64,000 nucleotides of DNA from positions 179,926,001 through 179,990,000 of the forward strand of contig NC_086097.1 of NCBI RefSeq assembly GCF_963921235.1. The letters run 5' to 3'. How positions within the stretch are numbered: position 1 is the first letter of the stretch; every line of letters begins with the position of its first letter. The position numbers were made by a program, and so were the translations under genes. This document shows positions 23,551 through 37,399 of this stretch, in pieces. The DNA comes from Mobula hypostoma (taxonomy: Eukaryota). The notes under the pieces were generated by a model. That model did not search any database, was not told where the DNA came from, and was given only the letters and a program-made list of their open reading frames with translations.

Positions 23551-24169
23551 TGATAGAAGCCATTGGCCAATTGTGTACATGCCAGTTATCTGGAAGACAT
23601 CTTCAGTCAATCTCACAACCTTGACAGTTCCTTGGAGATTCAGAAATCTCCTGTGCAACTTTTCCGTCTGTTTCCTTTATGGCAGTGGGCTGCACAGCAG
23701 AACTTCACTGTACATCAAGGTTTCAAAGGTACATTTAATGTCAGAGAAATGTATACAATATACATCCTGAAATTCTTTTTCTTTGCAACCATCCACGAAA
23801 ACAGAGGAATGCCCGAAAGAGTGAATGAAAGTTAAAACGTTAGAACCCCAAAGCCCGCCCCAGCTCCCTCTCCCACGCATAAGCAGCAGCAAAGCAAAGA
23901 GTCCCCCCCACCATCAGCAAAAAAAAAGCATTGGCACCCCCCTCACCTGCAAAAAAAAGCATTTGCACCCCCCCACCTTAAAAAAAAAGCATTGGCACCC
24001 CCCACCAAGCACTCAAGCATGCAGCAAAGCATCAATAAAGACACAGACTTGCAGTCTCGTCCACCCGGTAATTCGACATACCACAGGCTCTCTCTCTCCC
24101 TAATAAGGGAAAAAGAGATGTCTCTGTTTCATGCCCCTGAACATTCTCAATCCCACTCTAGATTCTTAC

Positions 24170-24288
24170 CTCCCCATTCTCCAGTGGCAAAATCCGTGAA
24201 AACTCCGTGGTGCAGATGACATCGTCATCCCTTATAATCTGTCCATGGGCTCTTGTCCCAAATTGTTCTTCACAGTCACGTCTGGAAT
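24170..24288 (-). CDS. LAMA3: LAMA3 exon 4 equivalent (119 bp): (H)SRRDCEEQFGTRAHGQIIRDDDVICTTEFSRILPLENGE
   Basis: Acceptor tgtactttccag, donor GAG|GTAAGA, phase 1 to 0; contains the conserved alpha-LN PLENGE motif. Confidence 0.96.
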
Positions 24289-24994
24289 CTGGAAAGTACA
24301 CGGCAACATGATAAAACTGCTGGAGATTTACAACATAGAAATGTTCAGCTTAAGAACAGACCCTTTCACCCACGATGTCTGGTTTCCAAGTTTTCAAAGT
24401 TTCAAAGTTAAATGCAAATACGTTCCAGCTTCTGCCATTACCATGAAGAGAAAATAAGTGGGGAAGATTCAGAGAGATGGTGTTATATTTATCTCACTCT
24501 TACTTAAGCCATAAGAGATGAAAACAAGAATAGGCCATTTGGCTTCTCAACATCATGGCTGTTTGCCATAGAATTATACAGCACAGAAACAGGTCCTTCT
24601 GTCCAACTTGTCCATACTGACTGAGATATAACACCGAGCTTGCCCCATTTGCCTGCATTTGACCCAGATCACTCAAAACCTATCTGATCTAAGTACCTGC
24701 TTAAATATATTTTAAACACTGCAATTGTTGTACCTGCCTCCACCAGTTCCTCTGGCAAGTGATTCAATATTTTATTTTATTTATTGAGATACAGAGCAGA
24801 GTAGGCCCTTCCAGTACTTCAAGCCGTGCCACCCAGCAACACCCGACTTCACCACGGCCTAATCATGGGACAATTTACAATGACCAATTAACCTACCAAC
24901 CAGTACATCTGGGAGAAAACCAGAGCACCCCAAGTAAACCGACGTGGTCAAAGGGAAATCATACACGCTCCTAACAGACAGCAGCAGGAATAAT

Positions 24995-27900
24995 AAGACC
25001 ATAAGACAAAGGAGCAGAAATCGGCCATTCGGCCCATCGAGCCTGCTCTGCCATTTTATCATGAGCTGATCCATTCTCCCATTTAGTCCCACTCCCCCAC
25101 CTTCTCACTACCCTGGCTACTCAGATACCTATCAATTTCTGCCTTAAATACACCCAATGACTTGGCCTCCACTGCTGCCCGTGGCCACAAATTTCATAGA
25201 TTTACCATCCTCTGTCTAAAAAAATTTCTTCGCATCTCTGTTCTGAATGGGTGCCCTTCAATTCTTACGTCATGCCCTCTCGTACTAGACACCCCCACCA
25301 TGGGAAACAACTTTGCTACATCCACTCTGTCCATGCCTTTCAACATTCGAAATGTTTCTATGAGGTCCCCCAATTCTCCTAAACTCCAAAGAGTACAGTC
25401 CAAGAGCGGGCAAACGTTCCTCATATGTTAACCCTCTCATTCTCAGAATCATTCTAGTGAATCTCCTCTGAACCCTCTCCAACGTCAACACATCTTTTCT
25501 TAAATAAGGAGCCCAAAGCTGCACAGTACTCCAAGTGAGGCCTTACCAGTGCCTTATAGAGCCTCAACAACATATCCCTGCTCCTATACTCTATTCCTCT
25601 AGAAATGAATGCCAACATTGCATTCGCCTTCTTCACTACCGACTCAACCTGGAGGTTAACCTTAAGGGTATCCTGCACGAGGACTCCCAAGTCCCGTTGC
25701 ATCTCAGAACTTTGAATTCTCTCCCCATTTAAATAATAGCCTGCCCATTTATTTCTTCTACCAGAGTGCATATTTGTATTTCATTTGCCACTTCTTTGCC
25801 CATTCTCCCAATCTATCCAAGCCTCTCTGCAAACTCTGTTTCCTCAGCACTACCGGCCCCTCCACCTATCTTTGTATCATCAGCAAATTTAGCCACAAAG
25901 CCATTTATTCCATAATCCAAATTGTTGATGTACAATGTAAAAAGAAGTGGCCCCAACACGGACCCCTGTGGAATACCACTGGTAACCGGCAGCCAACCAG
26001 AATGGGATCCCTTTATTCCCACTCTCTGTTTCCTGCCAATCAGCCAACACTCTATCCACGTATGTAACTTTCCTGTAATTCCATGGGCTCTTATCTTGTT
26101 TAGCAGCCTCATGTGTGGCACCTTGTCAAAGGCCTTCTGAAAATCTAAATACACAACATCCACTGCATCTCCCTTGTCATCAACTCCAACAATTTCCCAA
26201 CCACCGATGTCAAGCTAACAGGTCTATAATTTCCTTTTTGCTTCCTTGCCACCTTCTTAAATAGTGGAGTGACATTTGCAATCTTCCAGTCCTCTGGAAC
26301 CATGCCAGAATCTATTGACTTTTGAAAGATCATTGCTAATGCCTTCGCAATCTCCACAGCTACTTCCTTCAGAACACGAGGGTGCATTCCATCTGGTCCG
26401 GGAGACTTATCTACCCTTAGACTATTCAGCTTCCTGAGTACTTTCTCTGTCGTAATTGTGATTGCACACACTTCTCTTCCCTGACACCCTTGAGCATCCA
26501 GTATACTGTCTTCCTCAGTGAAGACTGATGCAAAATACTCATTCAGTTCCTCCGTCATCTCATTATCTCCCATTACAATTTCTCCAGCATCATTTTCTAT
26601 CGGTCCTATATCTACTCTCACCTGTCTTTTACTCTTTATATACTTGAAAAAGCTTTTAGTATCCTCTTTGATATTATTTGCTAGCTTCCTTTCATAGTTC
26701 ATCTTTTCTCTCTTCATGACCTTCTTAGTTTCCTTTTGTAAGCTTTTAAAAACTTCCCAATCCTCTGTCTTCCCACTAATTTTTGCTTCCTTGTCTGCCC
26801 TCTCCTTTGCTTTAACTTTGGCTTTGACTTCTCTTGTCAGCCACAGTTGTATCCTTTTTCCATTCAAAAATTTCTTCTTTTTTGGAATATATCTGTCTTG
26901 CACCTTCCTCACTTCTCACATAAACTCCAGCCACTGCTGCTCTGCTGTCCTTCCTGCTAGTGTCCCTTTCCAGTCAACTTTGGCCAGTTCCTCTCTCATG
27001 CCACTGTAATTTCCTTTACTGCACTGAAATACCGACACATCAGATTTCGGCTTCTCTTTCTCAAATTTCACAGTGAACTCAATCATGATTTGATCACTGC
27101 CTCCTAAGGGTTCCTTCACCTCAATCTTTCTAATCACCTCTGGTTCATTACACAATACTCAATCCAGTACAGCTGATCCCCTAGTGGGCTCAACAACAAG
27201 CTGTTCTAAAAAGCCATCTTGTCGCCATTCTACAAATTCTCTTTCTTGAGATCCAGTGCCGACCTAATTTTCCCAATCCACTCGCATGTTAAAATCCCCC
27301 ACAATTATCATAACACTTCCTTTCTGACAAGCCTTTTCTATTTCCTGTTGTAATTTGTAGTCCACATCACTGCAGTTATTTGGGGGCCTGTATATAACTG
27401 CCATCAGGGTCCTTTTACCCTTGCGATTTCTTAGCTCAATCCAAAAAGATTCTGCACCTTCCAATCCTATGTCACCTCTTTCTAATGATTTAATATCATT
27501 TCTTACCAATAAAGCCACGCCACCCCCTCTGCCTACCTGCCTATCCCTCCGAAACACCGTGTATCCTTGGAAGTTCAGCTCCCAGAGACATGCATCCTTT
27601 AGCCACGTCTCAGTGATGGCCACAATATCATACCTGCGAATCCGTAGCTGTACGACAAGATCATCCACCTTATTCCTTATGCTGCCTGCATTAAAGTATA
27701 AAACCTTAAGTCCAGTATTTGGTACTTTTTGCTTTGATTGCACTGCAACTTTATTGCATTGCAACTCATCCCAATGGCTGCAAATTTGTCCCATCACCTG
27801 CCTGTCCTTCCTGACATCTTCACTGCTCATTATCTTAGATATAATTCTGTTTTCCCCTCCTCTGCTCTGTCATTCCGGTTCCCATCCCCCTGCCAAATTA

Positions 27901-28450
27901 GTTTAAACCCTTCCTAACAGCTCTATTAAACCTTCCCACCAGGATATTGGTCCCTTTCGGGTTCAGGTGTAACCCGTCCTTTTTGAACAGGTCATACTTC
28001 CCCCAGAAGAGATCCCAGTGATCCAAGAATCTGAAGCCCTGCCCCCTGCACCAGTCTCTCAGCCACGCATTCATCTGCCTGATCCTACTATTCTTGCCCT
28101 CGCTAGCACGTGGCACAGGTAGCAATCCTGAGATTACTACCCTGGAGGTCCTGCTTCTCAGCTTCCTTCCTAACTCCCAGAAATCTCTCCCTTCTCCTAT
28201 CTATGTCATTGGTACCAACATGTACCAAGACAGCTGGCTGCTCGCCCTCTCCCTTCAGAATATTCTGGACCTGATCCGAGACATCCCATACCCTGGCACC
28301 TGGGAGGTAACACACCATGCAGTTATCTCTATCAGGCTCACAGAATCGCCTGACTGCTCCCCAGACTATGGAATCCCCTATGACTACCGCATTCCTCTTC
28401 TCCTTCCTTCCCTCCTGCACAACAGCTCCAGGCTCAGTGCCAGAGACCTC
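24995..28450 (-). mobile_element. CR1 LINE, long copy (SGNH-esterase ORF1, APE and RT), frameshifted
   Basis: VVIGDSIV/VHVGTND/DGLHLN esterase motifs; AITETW, VIYRPP, VGDFN endonuclease motifs; DFQKAFD, PQGSVLGP, FADDTK RT motifs. Confidence 0.95.
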
Positions 28451-28999
28451 CCTCCAGCAGCCTCTGTGTGGAAAAGGTTGCCCTTCACGTCCACTTTAAA
28501 TCTTTCCCCTCTCACCTTAAACCTATGCCCTCTAGTTTTATATTCCCCTACCCAGAGGAAAAGACTGACTATCCACCTTATCCACGGCTCTCATGAGTTT
28601 ATAAACCTTTCTAAGTACAAAGTTCGAAGTAAATTCATTATCTAAGTACAGTATGAACTGTTTTGTTATTATATACTACCTTGAGACTCATTTTCTTGCA
28701 GCGATTTACAGGGGAAAAGAAATACAAAAGAATTTTATGCTAAACTGTACATAAACAAAGACTGACAACCAATGTGCAAAACTATACAAATAAAAATAAT
28801 AGAGCATGAGTTGTAAAGAATCCTGAAAAGTGAGTCTATAGGTCACAGAATCAGTTCAGAGGAGTGGTGAGTTCATGTTATCCGTAGCAGTTCAATGGCC
28901 TGATGGTTACAGGGTAATAACTACCCCCAATCCTGGCGATGTGGAACCTAATCAGAAGGGCCTGTTCCTGTGCTGTACTGTTCTATGTTTGAAGAACTT

Positions 29000-29460
29000 T
29001 TACTTGAACTTTTGATCCTCCAATTGACTTTGAGAAAAGGTGGGGCTCTTTGCCTCCTACTATCATTTGACTTGAGTTAATTTAAGATGGTCCCCTTCTG
29101 ATTCTTGGGTAAATGGATTTGGCTGGCGGATTTATGTCCATTTTTATGGAAGCTTATATGGCGTATAGCTCCGGGTTTGTGCTCCAAATGGGTTTTTTTT
29201 CCCCGTTTTTTTGTTAGCTGGGGTTTTTTGTTTTAGTTGGTAGGGGTTCTTTTTTTCCTTCTTTCTTTTTTCCAAAAAAAAATAGCTTTAACATTTTGGG
29301 TTTTTTATTATTATTATTATTGATATACTGTTTAACTTGGTTAATAGTTTAACTCATATTATACATATTGATATGTTGACTTGATTATTTTAATGTATTT
29401 TTTGTTGTTGATTTTCAATAATAATTATTAAAAAGATTTAAAAATGAAAAATGAAATGAA
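29000..29460 (+). mobile_element. L1-clade 3' UTR remnant
   Basis: T-rich UTR ending in an A-rich tail (attaaaaagatttaaaaatgaaaaatgaaa), similar in structure to 32040-32345. Confidence 0.5.
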
Positions 29461-30679
29461 CTTTTACAACAGAACCACTTTCCTGAAATATTCACATACC
29501 CCTTGATTTCCATTAAGGTACAAAAATCTTCTGATCTCTGCTTTGATTGTGCTCAATATCTGAGCCTCCACAGCCCTTGGGTATAAGGGATTCCAGAGGT
29601 TCTGGAAGAAGAAATATTTTCAATTCTCTGTCGCGATGGAAGAGCCCTATACTTCGGTTCTATGACTTCTGTTTCTGAACAACCCAGCTGTAAAAGGCAG
29701 TTTCAACTACTGGTGAAATTATTAAGATATATAAGCCTGCTTTAAAGTGTTTCTTTTCATTTTCATAACTGTAAAATTTGTAAAGCAAATACAACATGCG
29801 TTCAATTCATAGAGTCATACAGATAGAAGCAGGCCCTTCTGGCCAACTTGTCCATGCTACACAGGATTGCCATCTAATCTAGTCCCATTTGGCCCATATT
29901 CCTCTAAGTCATTCTTATTCATGTTCTTGTCTAAGTACATTTTAAACATTGTTAATACTCCTGCCTCAACCATTACTCTGGCAACTCAATCTATATATCT
30001 ACCATCCTCTAGATGAAACAGATGTCCTTCAGATTCCTAAATCTCACTAAGTTCACCTTAGATCTATGCCTCTTGCTTGTAATTCCTTATCCTGGGAAAC
30101 GATTGTGTGAATTCACCCAGTCTATGCCCCTCATGATTTTATACACCTCTATAAGATCACCTCTCATTCTCCTACATTCCAATGAATAAAGTCCCAACCT
30201 GCTCAACCTCTCCCCATAACTCATCCCTCGGTACAGGAAGTGGTGTTATGTAGCAATGCAAGGCATGATTGTAAAGGTCAGAGTGTCAGGGCCGGAGGTG
30301 AGGGATAGGCCAGCGTTCAGCTCACTGCTCCGCAAGGTTTACTTGTCTCTGTGCAGAACTAAGGCTGTGGCCTACAACTAACGGGCTCCTGATTCAGCTG
30401 CAGTGATGACTGGCTTTGTGGCTGTGAACTTCAGTTCTGAATGTTGTTTGCTTACTTCTAGTTTTTTTTTCTATGCACATTGGGTGCTTGAGAGTCTTTT
30501 TCTCATCAGGTCCTGATGAAAGTTCTCGGCCCAAACTATCGACTGTTTACTCTTTTCTGCAGATCCTGCCTGGCATTCTGAGTTCCTCCAGCATTTTGCG
30601 TATACTACAAAGATCTGGGGGGTACATTTTTCCACACAGAAGATATCTGGAATGAGCTGCAAGAGGAGTATTGGTGTTG

Positions 30680-32345
30680 CTTGATAAAAATTTACTTGAT
30701 ATAATTTTTAATTTGAAACCCTTCCATAATGCATCTATATCTAATATTTAGATTAGATTTAGATTATGAGGACACGCAGTCCTCTTTTATTGTCATTTAG
30801 TAATGCATGCATTAAGAAATGATACAATGTTTCTCCAGAACGCTATCACAGAAACACAAGACAAACCAACTGAAAAACTGACAAAAACCACATAATTATA
30901 ACATATAGTTACAACAGTGCAAAGCAATACCGTAATTTGATGAAGAACGGACCATGGGCACAGTAAAAAAAAAGTCTCAAAGTCTCTCGAAAGTCCCATC
31001 ATCTCACACAGACGGTAGAAGGAAGAAGAAAAACTCTTCCTGCTATGAGCTTCCAGCGCTGTAAACTTGCCGATGCAGCATGCTGGAAGCATCCGACCAC
31101 AGCCCACTCTTGAGTCCATCCGAAAACTTCGAGCCCCCAACCAGCCCTCCGACACCGAGCACCAAGCACCATCTCTGTTGAGCACTTCGATCCCGGCCCC
31201 AGCAACAGGCAATAGGCAAAGCCGAGGATTTGGGGCCTACCCCTCCAGAGATTCTCAATCGCAGAGTAGCAGCAGCAGCGAAGCAGGCATTTCAGAAGTC
31301 TCTCCAGGTGTTCCTCTGTGCTTCACACGTCCGTCTCCATCAAATCAGGATTGTGCATGGCCCCTAGTTAACACATACGATATCATTTTGGAGCGGCCGT
31401 GCGCGCTGCGTCGCGCCGCCATCTCCCCCCCCGCCCTATTTATGGTATGTTGTAGGGAATGAGAAATGTTCCTTTAGATAAAATTAAAAATCTTTGGGAA
31501 CAAGATTTACAGATTTCGATTTCTGAGAACACTTGGAATGAAATTGTTAAATTGGTTAATACATCATCGTTATGTGCCCATCATTCCCTGCTACAATTTA
31601 AAGAGCCCATATGTCTAAAGTTAAGCTGTCTCATTTTTATTCCGATATATCTCCCTATGGTGATAGATGTAATAATGGAGAAGCTTCACTAATCCATATG
31701 TTTTGGACTTGTCCGAGTCTTGAAAAATATTGGAAGGAAGTATTTCAAACTTTTTCGGTGCTTTTTAAAGTAAATTTTAAACCTAATCCCCTTTGACTGC
31801 CTTATTTGGTATTGTTGGAGGAAATGATATTATTTTGGAGACACATGATCTGCATTTTTTGGCCTTTACTTCTCTTATAGCCAGGAGGACATTGTTGCTT
31901 AAGTGGAAGGATGCCAATCTGCCTACTCATTGGTTACATGATGTTATGTCATGTTTAAATTTAGAGAAGATTCGCTGTTTAATTTCTGAACCTAGACAAG
32001 ATTTTTTTAACATTGTGGGGGCCTTTTTTTGAATTATTTTCAAAATCTTTGATTTGCTATTAAGCACAGATGTTGGCTAATAATATGTTTTACTATATGT
32101 TAAGGATTTTTTCCTTTTTTTTAAACCTAACAGCTGTTCTTTTTTCTGGTAGTGGGTTTAAATTTTCTTGCATAATAAAATTACCACTTTTCAATATTAT
32201 GTTTAGATTTAATTTATATGGATACGGGGTAATTACACTTTATCTGTGATTTCAATATATTGTAATCAATATATATTATATATCCTACTGTACTCTGTAT
32301 TCTTTTACATAAGAAATTAATAAAAATATTGAAGAAAGAAAGAAA
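30680..32345 (+). mobile_element. L1-clade LINE 3' fragment, interrupted at 30751-31436
   Basis: LWEQDL...HSLLQFK...DRC..ASLIHMFWTCP CCHC-like knuckle of L1 ORF2; AATAAA followed by an A-rich tail. Confidence 0.85.
30751..31436 (-). mobile_element. Short non-autonomous retroelement (GC-rich head, Rex-like tail) nested in L1
   Basis: TSD tattta at 30745-30750 and 31437-31442; head gagatggcggcgcgacgcagcgcgc; aataaa and (aatct)n tail. Confidence 0.7.
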
Positions 32346-32828
32346 AGTTGCTTGATCGTGTACATGGATCGGAAGGTGCAGAGGAATAAGGGTTTAATGC
32401 AAGTAAATGGGATTAATGTAGATAGGCATCATGGTCCAGAAGCAGACTCCCTATATCTCTCCCAACATAATCAAAGACTCTTGACCTCACTATTTAACTT
32501 GTTATGTTCTTACAACTTATTGTCTATCTGCACTGCACTTTCTCTATAACTGTAATGCATTATTCTGCATTCTGTTATTGCTTTTTCCTCGTGCTACGTC
32601 AATGAAATGATCTGTATGAACAGGATGCAAAACAAGCCTTTCACTGCACTCAGTACATGTGACAATAATAAACCAATTCCAAGAATAAACCCTCCTTAGT
32701 TCATCTCCTTCACCTTAGGCGGAACTGAAAGATCACATCGATTGTACAATGTTATGAAAAATACTTAGATTTTTAAGAACATCAAGATAACAAAGAAAAA
32801 TGCTGGAAATGAAACCTGAGAGACTCAC

Positions 32829-32946
32829 GAGCAAAGTACTGCCACGGCTTGTAGGATCTTCCAAAATCGACCGATCGCTCAAGGACCCAGAGGTCAGGAC
32901 GTGGAGAGTTTGCAAACTTGATAAGGATATAAGCCACGTGGAAGAG
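32829..32946 (-). CDS. LAMA3: LAMA3 exon 3 equivalent (118 bp), LN domain: [39 protein letters not shown](H)
   Basis: Acceptor tgtgtccttttaacag, donor C|GTGAGT, phase 0 to 1; near-identical to the recalled vertebrate alpha-3 LN sequence. Confidence 0.96.
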
Positions 32947-34939
32947 CTGTTAAAAGGACACAGGAATTGGTTATGACAACATAATTTCTAACAGTCAAGA
33001 CAGAAACTCCTAAATGAATTCGCTTTAATTTGTTTTCAGGATATGACTGCCAAGGCCAGCATTTATTGCGAATCTGATGCCTCTGAATGTCAAGAGTAGG
33101 TGATTGGACACTACTTTTCTGGAGGTGGCAATTGCTGGCACTCTTGAATTGCAAATATCCATGTTAGTCCTCAACAATGGTAATATCATCAGGCTCATGA
33201 GCAAAAAAGTTATATAAAGACCTAGAAGTCATAACAATGTTTTCAAAGTGTTGGGCTGTCTCCATCCAATAGATGGAGTGTTTTTTTTTCAAAACTGGAA
33301 ATGAATTATAAGTTAGCCAAAGAAAGGAAATTACAGAACTCTGCATGAGAAAATGTGATCTAAATTACTCTTTAATTAGCAACTGTCAAGGTAGGCAGTT
33401 CAGTAGAAGAAAACATTTACAAACATGTTAAGAGATCAGCATATAATGACATTAATTAGCCAGTCCATTGCTGAAGGCTGTTATTAAATTTTAACATTAT
33501 GGATAAATAGGGTAGAACGAGAAGTGTAAGATAAATACTAAGTAGTTAGCAATAGGCAACACAGGTTTGCAAATTATTTGGAAGCACTGGATGATGTAAG
33601 GCTGTTCAGAAAGTGAGGTGCTGTATACTCTTTGAACACCAGGAAAATAGAAAGCAGTCACTTTAGACTTTTACAACAGTGTCAATTACTTGTACAGTAC
33701 TTACGAAGTAGCTCAGCAAAGTAAAATCCCAAACCTGAGCTGGCTCGCAAAATATCATCAAACAACAGCTCATTAGGAGACACAAGAGAGACTGCAGATG
33801 CTGGAATCTGCACCGACATTCACAGAGCACTGGATAAGCTCGGCAGGTCCAGCACCATCTGAAGAGGGAATAGACAGTAAATGCTATGGGCCGAGCCTGC
33901 ATCTGGTCCAGTGGGACCAGGAAAAGGGTCCACTTCCCTTCACTGATGCTGCCTGATCACCGACTTCCTCCAGCACTCATTCTGTGTAGCATCAGGAGAG
34001 AGGCACTGCATCTCGCAGTTCATCTGCCCAAAACCTTTCCTCAGAAAACACACCAGCCATTCCCAGTACCCTCCCTTTCCTAATCCTTTTATTGAATGAT
34101 GCAAGATTGATTGCTTGGGAGTCCATTCATCTTATCATGTTTGAGCCTGTTGAACAAGAACTCCCCAGCCTAATCCCACCTCTCCATACACTGCAGGTAA
34201 AAGACACACTCAGGTAGTGTTCCAATGTGACAGGGTCTCTGCCTCTCCATTCCTTTAGGCAGTGAGTTCCAGACCCTCACTACAACATGGGCAAAATGTT
34301 TTCTCCTCAACTCTCCCTTCTTCTACCATTTACTTTACATCCTTACCTTCAGTTTTTGATTGCTTTGCTGAGGGAAAATGCTTTCATCCAATGTACTCTA
34401 TCCTAGCCCTATATGATTTCAAACACCTCAGTTAAGTCTCCTTCCTCAGCTCTCTCTCTTCCAAAGAAAGAGTGCATTCAATTTTTCCGTACATCTTTCT
34501 GACTTAAAGCATTCTGATCTGGTGTGGGCACTCCGTTTGCACAGGAACCCAAGAGGCTACAGAGAGTGGATGGCTCAGCCAGATCCATTGCAGGTACAAC
34601 TCTCCCCATCATTGAGGATATCTATAAGAAGAGGTGTCTCAGGAAGGTGACATCCATTAATGGGACTCCCCCCCCCCAACCATCTGGACCATACCCTCTT
34701 CTCGATACTGCCATCGGGTAGGAGGTACAGGAGCCCCCAACTCAAGGTTCAACAACGGCTTCTTCCCCACTGCTATCGGGTTCTCGACCCAACCTGAAAC
34801 ACCCAAGCACTAGCTCGGGCGATATTTCCCAAAACTTTCATTAATACATCTTCCCCCTTCCTTTCCAGTCCTAATGAAGGGTCTCAGCCCAAAATGTCAA
34901 CTGTTCATTCATTTCCATAGATGCTGCCTGACCTGCTGT

Positions 34940-35360
34940 GCTTTCAGGCTTTTGTATCTTCTGCCCAACAGAAGAGGAAAGATGGAAGAGAGCATGTCTG
35001 GGGTAGGTGGGATCTTTGACTATTTTGGCCACTTTACCAAGGCAGCAAGAAGTGTAGACAGAGTCCATAGAGGCAATATGCTGAGCTTTGTCCACAACCC
35101 TCCGCAGTTTCTTGTCATCATGGGCAGAGCTGTTGCCGTGCATCCCGATAGAAAGCTTTCTATGGCGCAACGGTAAAAATTGGTGAAGTTTGACAGGGAC
35201 ATGCCAAATTTCTTTAATCTCCTGAGGAAGTAGAGGTGTTTGATACTTATGAGATTTCTTGGCCATGGCATCGTGTGGTTGGACCAGGACAGTCTATTGA
35301 TGATGTTCACTCGTAGGAATAGGAAGCTCTCAACCACCTTGACCTCAGCTCTGTCATTTA
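34940..35360 (-). mobile_element. Rex1/Babar-clade fragment
   Basis: LYFLRRLKKFGMS...NFYRCAIES remnants. Confidence 0.8.
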
Positions 35361-35569
35361 TACCATAGGCGTTCATACCCAAGACTAAAAACCTGAACTT
35401 GAAATTGAACAAGTGTTCTCTTGGCAACATGGATGGCAAATGATAACTAGCTATCACTACAAGACAGAAATAGGGAAGCCTTGATATGATTGTGCTGTGT
35501 GCTGGTGCAGCCACACCTGTAGTACTGCACACAGTTTGGTCGTTTTATTTAAGAAACGATATGCCAATA

Positions 35570-36062
35570 GACAGGAGGGGGAGGGATGGAGCCAAGAGCT
35601 GGACAGGTAATTGGCAAAAGGGATATGAGAGGATCATGGGACAGGAGGCCCAGGGAGAAGGAAAAGGGGGACGGGGGAAAAAAAGAGGATGGGCAAGGGG
35701 TATAGTGAGGGGGACAGAGGGAGAAAAAGGAGAGAGAGAAAAAGAATGTGTGTATACAAAGAAATAACAGATGGGGTATGAGGGGGAGGTGGGGTGCCAT
35801 GATCCTCTCATATCCCTTTTGCCAATCAACTTTCCAGCTCTTGGCTCCATCCCCTCCTGTCTTCTCCCATCATTTCAGATCTCCCCCTCCGAATTTCAAA
35901 TCTCTTACTAGCTCTTCCTTCAGTTAGTCCTGACGAAGGGTCTCGGCCTGAAACGTCGATTGTACCTCTTCCTAGAGATGCAGCCTGGCCTGCTGCGTTC
36001 ACCAGCAACTTTGATGTGTGTTGCTTGAAATTCCAGCGTCTGCAGATTTCCTCGTGTTTGCG
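35570..36062. mobile_element. PLE 3' UTR copy with a 5' inversion and an intact hammerhead core, inserted in CR1
   Basis: TSD tgccaata at 35562-35569 and 36063-36070; ~35570-35797 is inverted relative to ~35798-36062. Confidence 0.85.
35925..35962 (+). ncRNA. Minimal type I hammerhead ribozyme motif
   Basis: tagtc-CTGACGA-agggtctcggcct-GAAA-c-GTC-gattg. Confidence 0.7.
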
Positions 36063-37399
36063 TGCCAATACTGGAGGCAGTCCAATAGAGATTCACCAGC
36101 ATCATTTCTGAGATGACAGGATTCCCTCATCATGAGTGACTAATGAAATCAGATCTGTATCCTTTGCAATTGAGAAATTTAGAACAATGGGGTTAATCCT
36201 ATGGAAACTTTTAAGATCCAAAATGGGTTTCACAGAGCCGTTGGCAAGATAGAACATAGAACTTTGGACAGTAGAGCACAGGTACAAGCCCTTCAGCCCA
36301 TAATGTCTGTGCTGAGTGTGATACCAAATTAAATTGTATCTCTTCTGCGTGCACATGATCCATATCCCTCCATTCCCTGCATATCATGTGTCTAACAGAC
36401 ACTTAAATACCACGATGATATTTACCTCCACATCACCCCGGCAGCCTGTTCTCGGAACCCATCAAACTCTGCCACCTTCATCCATGATGAAAATGGCGAA
36501 GTTTGTCATCGAAACATCAGTGAAAATCAATACCTGTACCCGGATGGAAGCCCAAGCATATAGGCTGGGAAAGCACCAGATCCTTTTTCCTCATCACACT
36601 GTGTAAAAACCTTGCACCGCACATCTCCTTTGAACTTTCCCCCTCTATCAGGTCTCCCTTCAGCCTTTAATGCTTTAGAGAAAACAACCCAAGTTTATCC
36701 AATCTCTCCTTATAGACCACAACACCACAAGATATAGGTGGATTATTAGGTCATTCCACCATCAAGCCAGCTCCACTATTCAATTATAACTTTTTTTCCA
36801 AGCACAATTCTCCTACCGTCTCTCCATGACCCTTAACCCCCTTACTAAATCAGGAACCTAACAATCTCTGTCTTAAATACACCCAATGACTTGGCCTCCA
36901 CTACCATCCATGGCAATGAATGCCACAGATTCAACACCCTTCACCTGAAGAAATTTCTCTGCATCTCTGTTTTAAAGGGATGCCCCTTTATTCTGAGGCT
37001 GTGTCCTTGGATCCTGGGCTCTCCTTACAATATATCAGCTGAAAAGTGCTCTGGTACATTCTGGGGACATGAGCATATCCTCTCACCTCCAGCCCCGTTC
37101 GTAATTTTTCTTTGCAGTTAGCAGTGCACCAGGAGCCTCTGTGACCCATGGGCTGTTTTTCTGGATATCTACATAGATAAATGATCACTGCCGCTGAAAG
37201 ATCATCAACTCAGTGAAAGACACACTTTGGATTGCTCAAGTCTCATTGGTCTTCCAGAGTAATGAGATGTCCATACGGGAATGCTGCAGACTGACACAGG
37301 ATGTCATGCTGAGTAATATACTAGAGCTCAGTGTAACTAGTGCAAAGACTCAGTGGGGATGGACTAGGGTCGAGTCCTTCCCCACTGTTTGATGGGCTG

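Larger units (their letters stand above)
2974..32946 (-). other. LAMA3: Laminin subunit alpha-3 (alpha-3B) gene, partial: span of exons 3-11; gene continues beyond both ends of the window
   Basis: Nine exons splice in phase (GT-AG) into an LN domain plus LE1-3. Segments recalled as alpha-3 rather than alpha-5: [49 protein letters not shown]. Confidence 0.9.
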
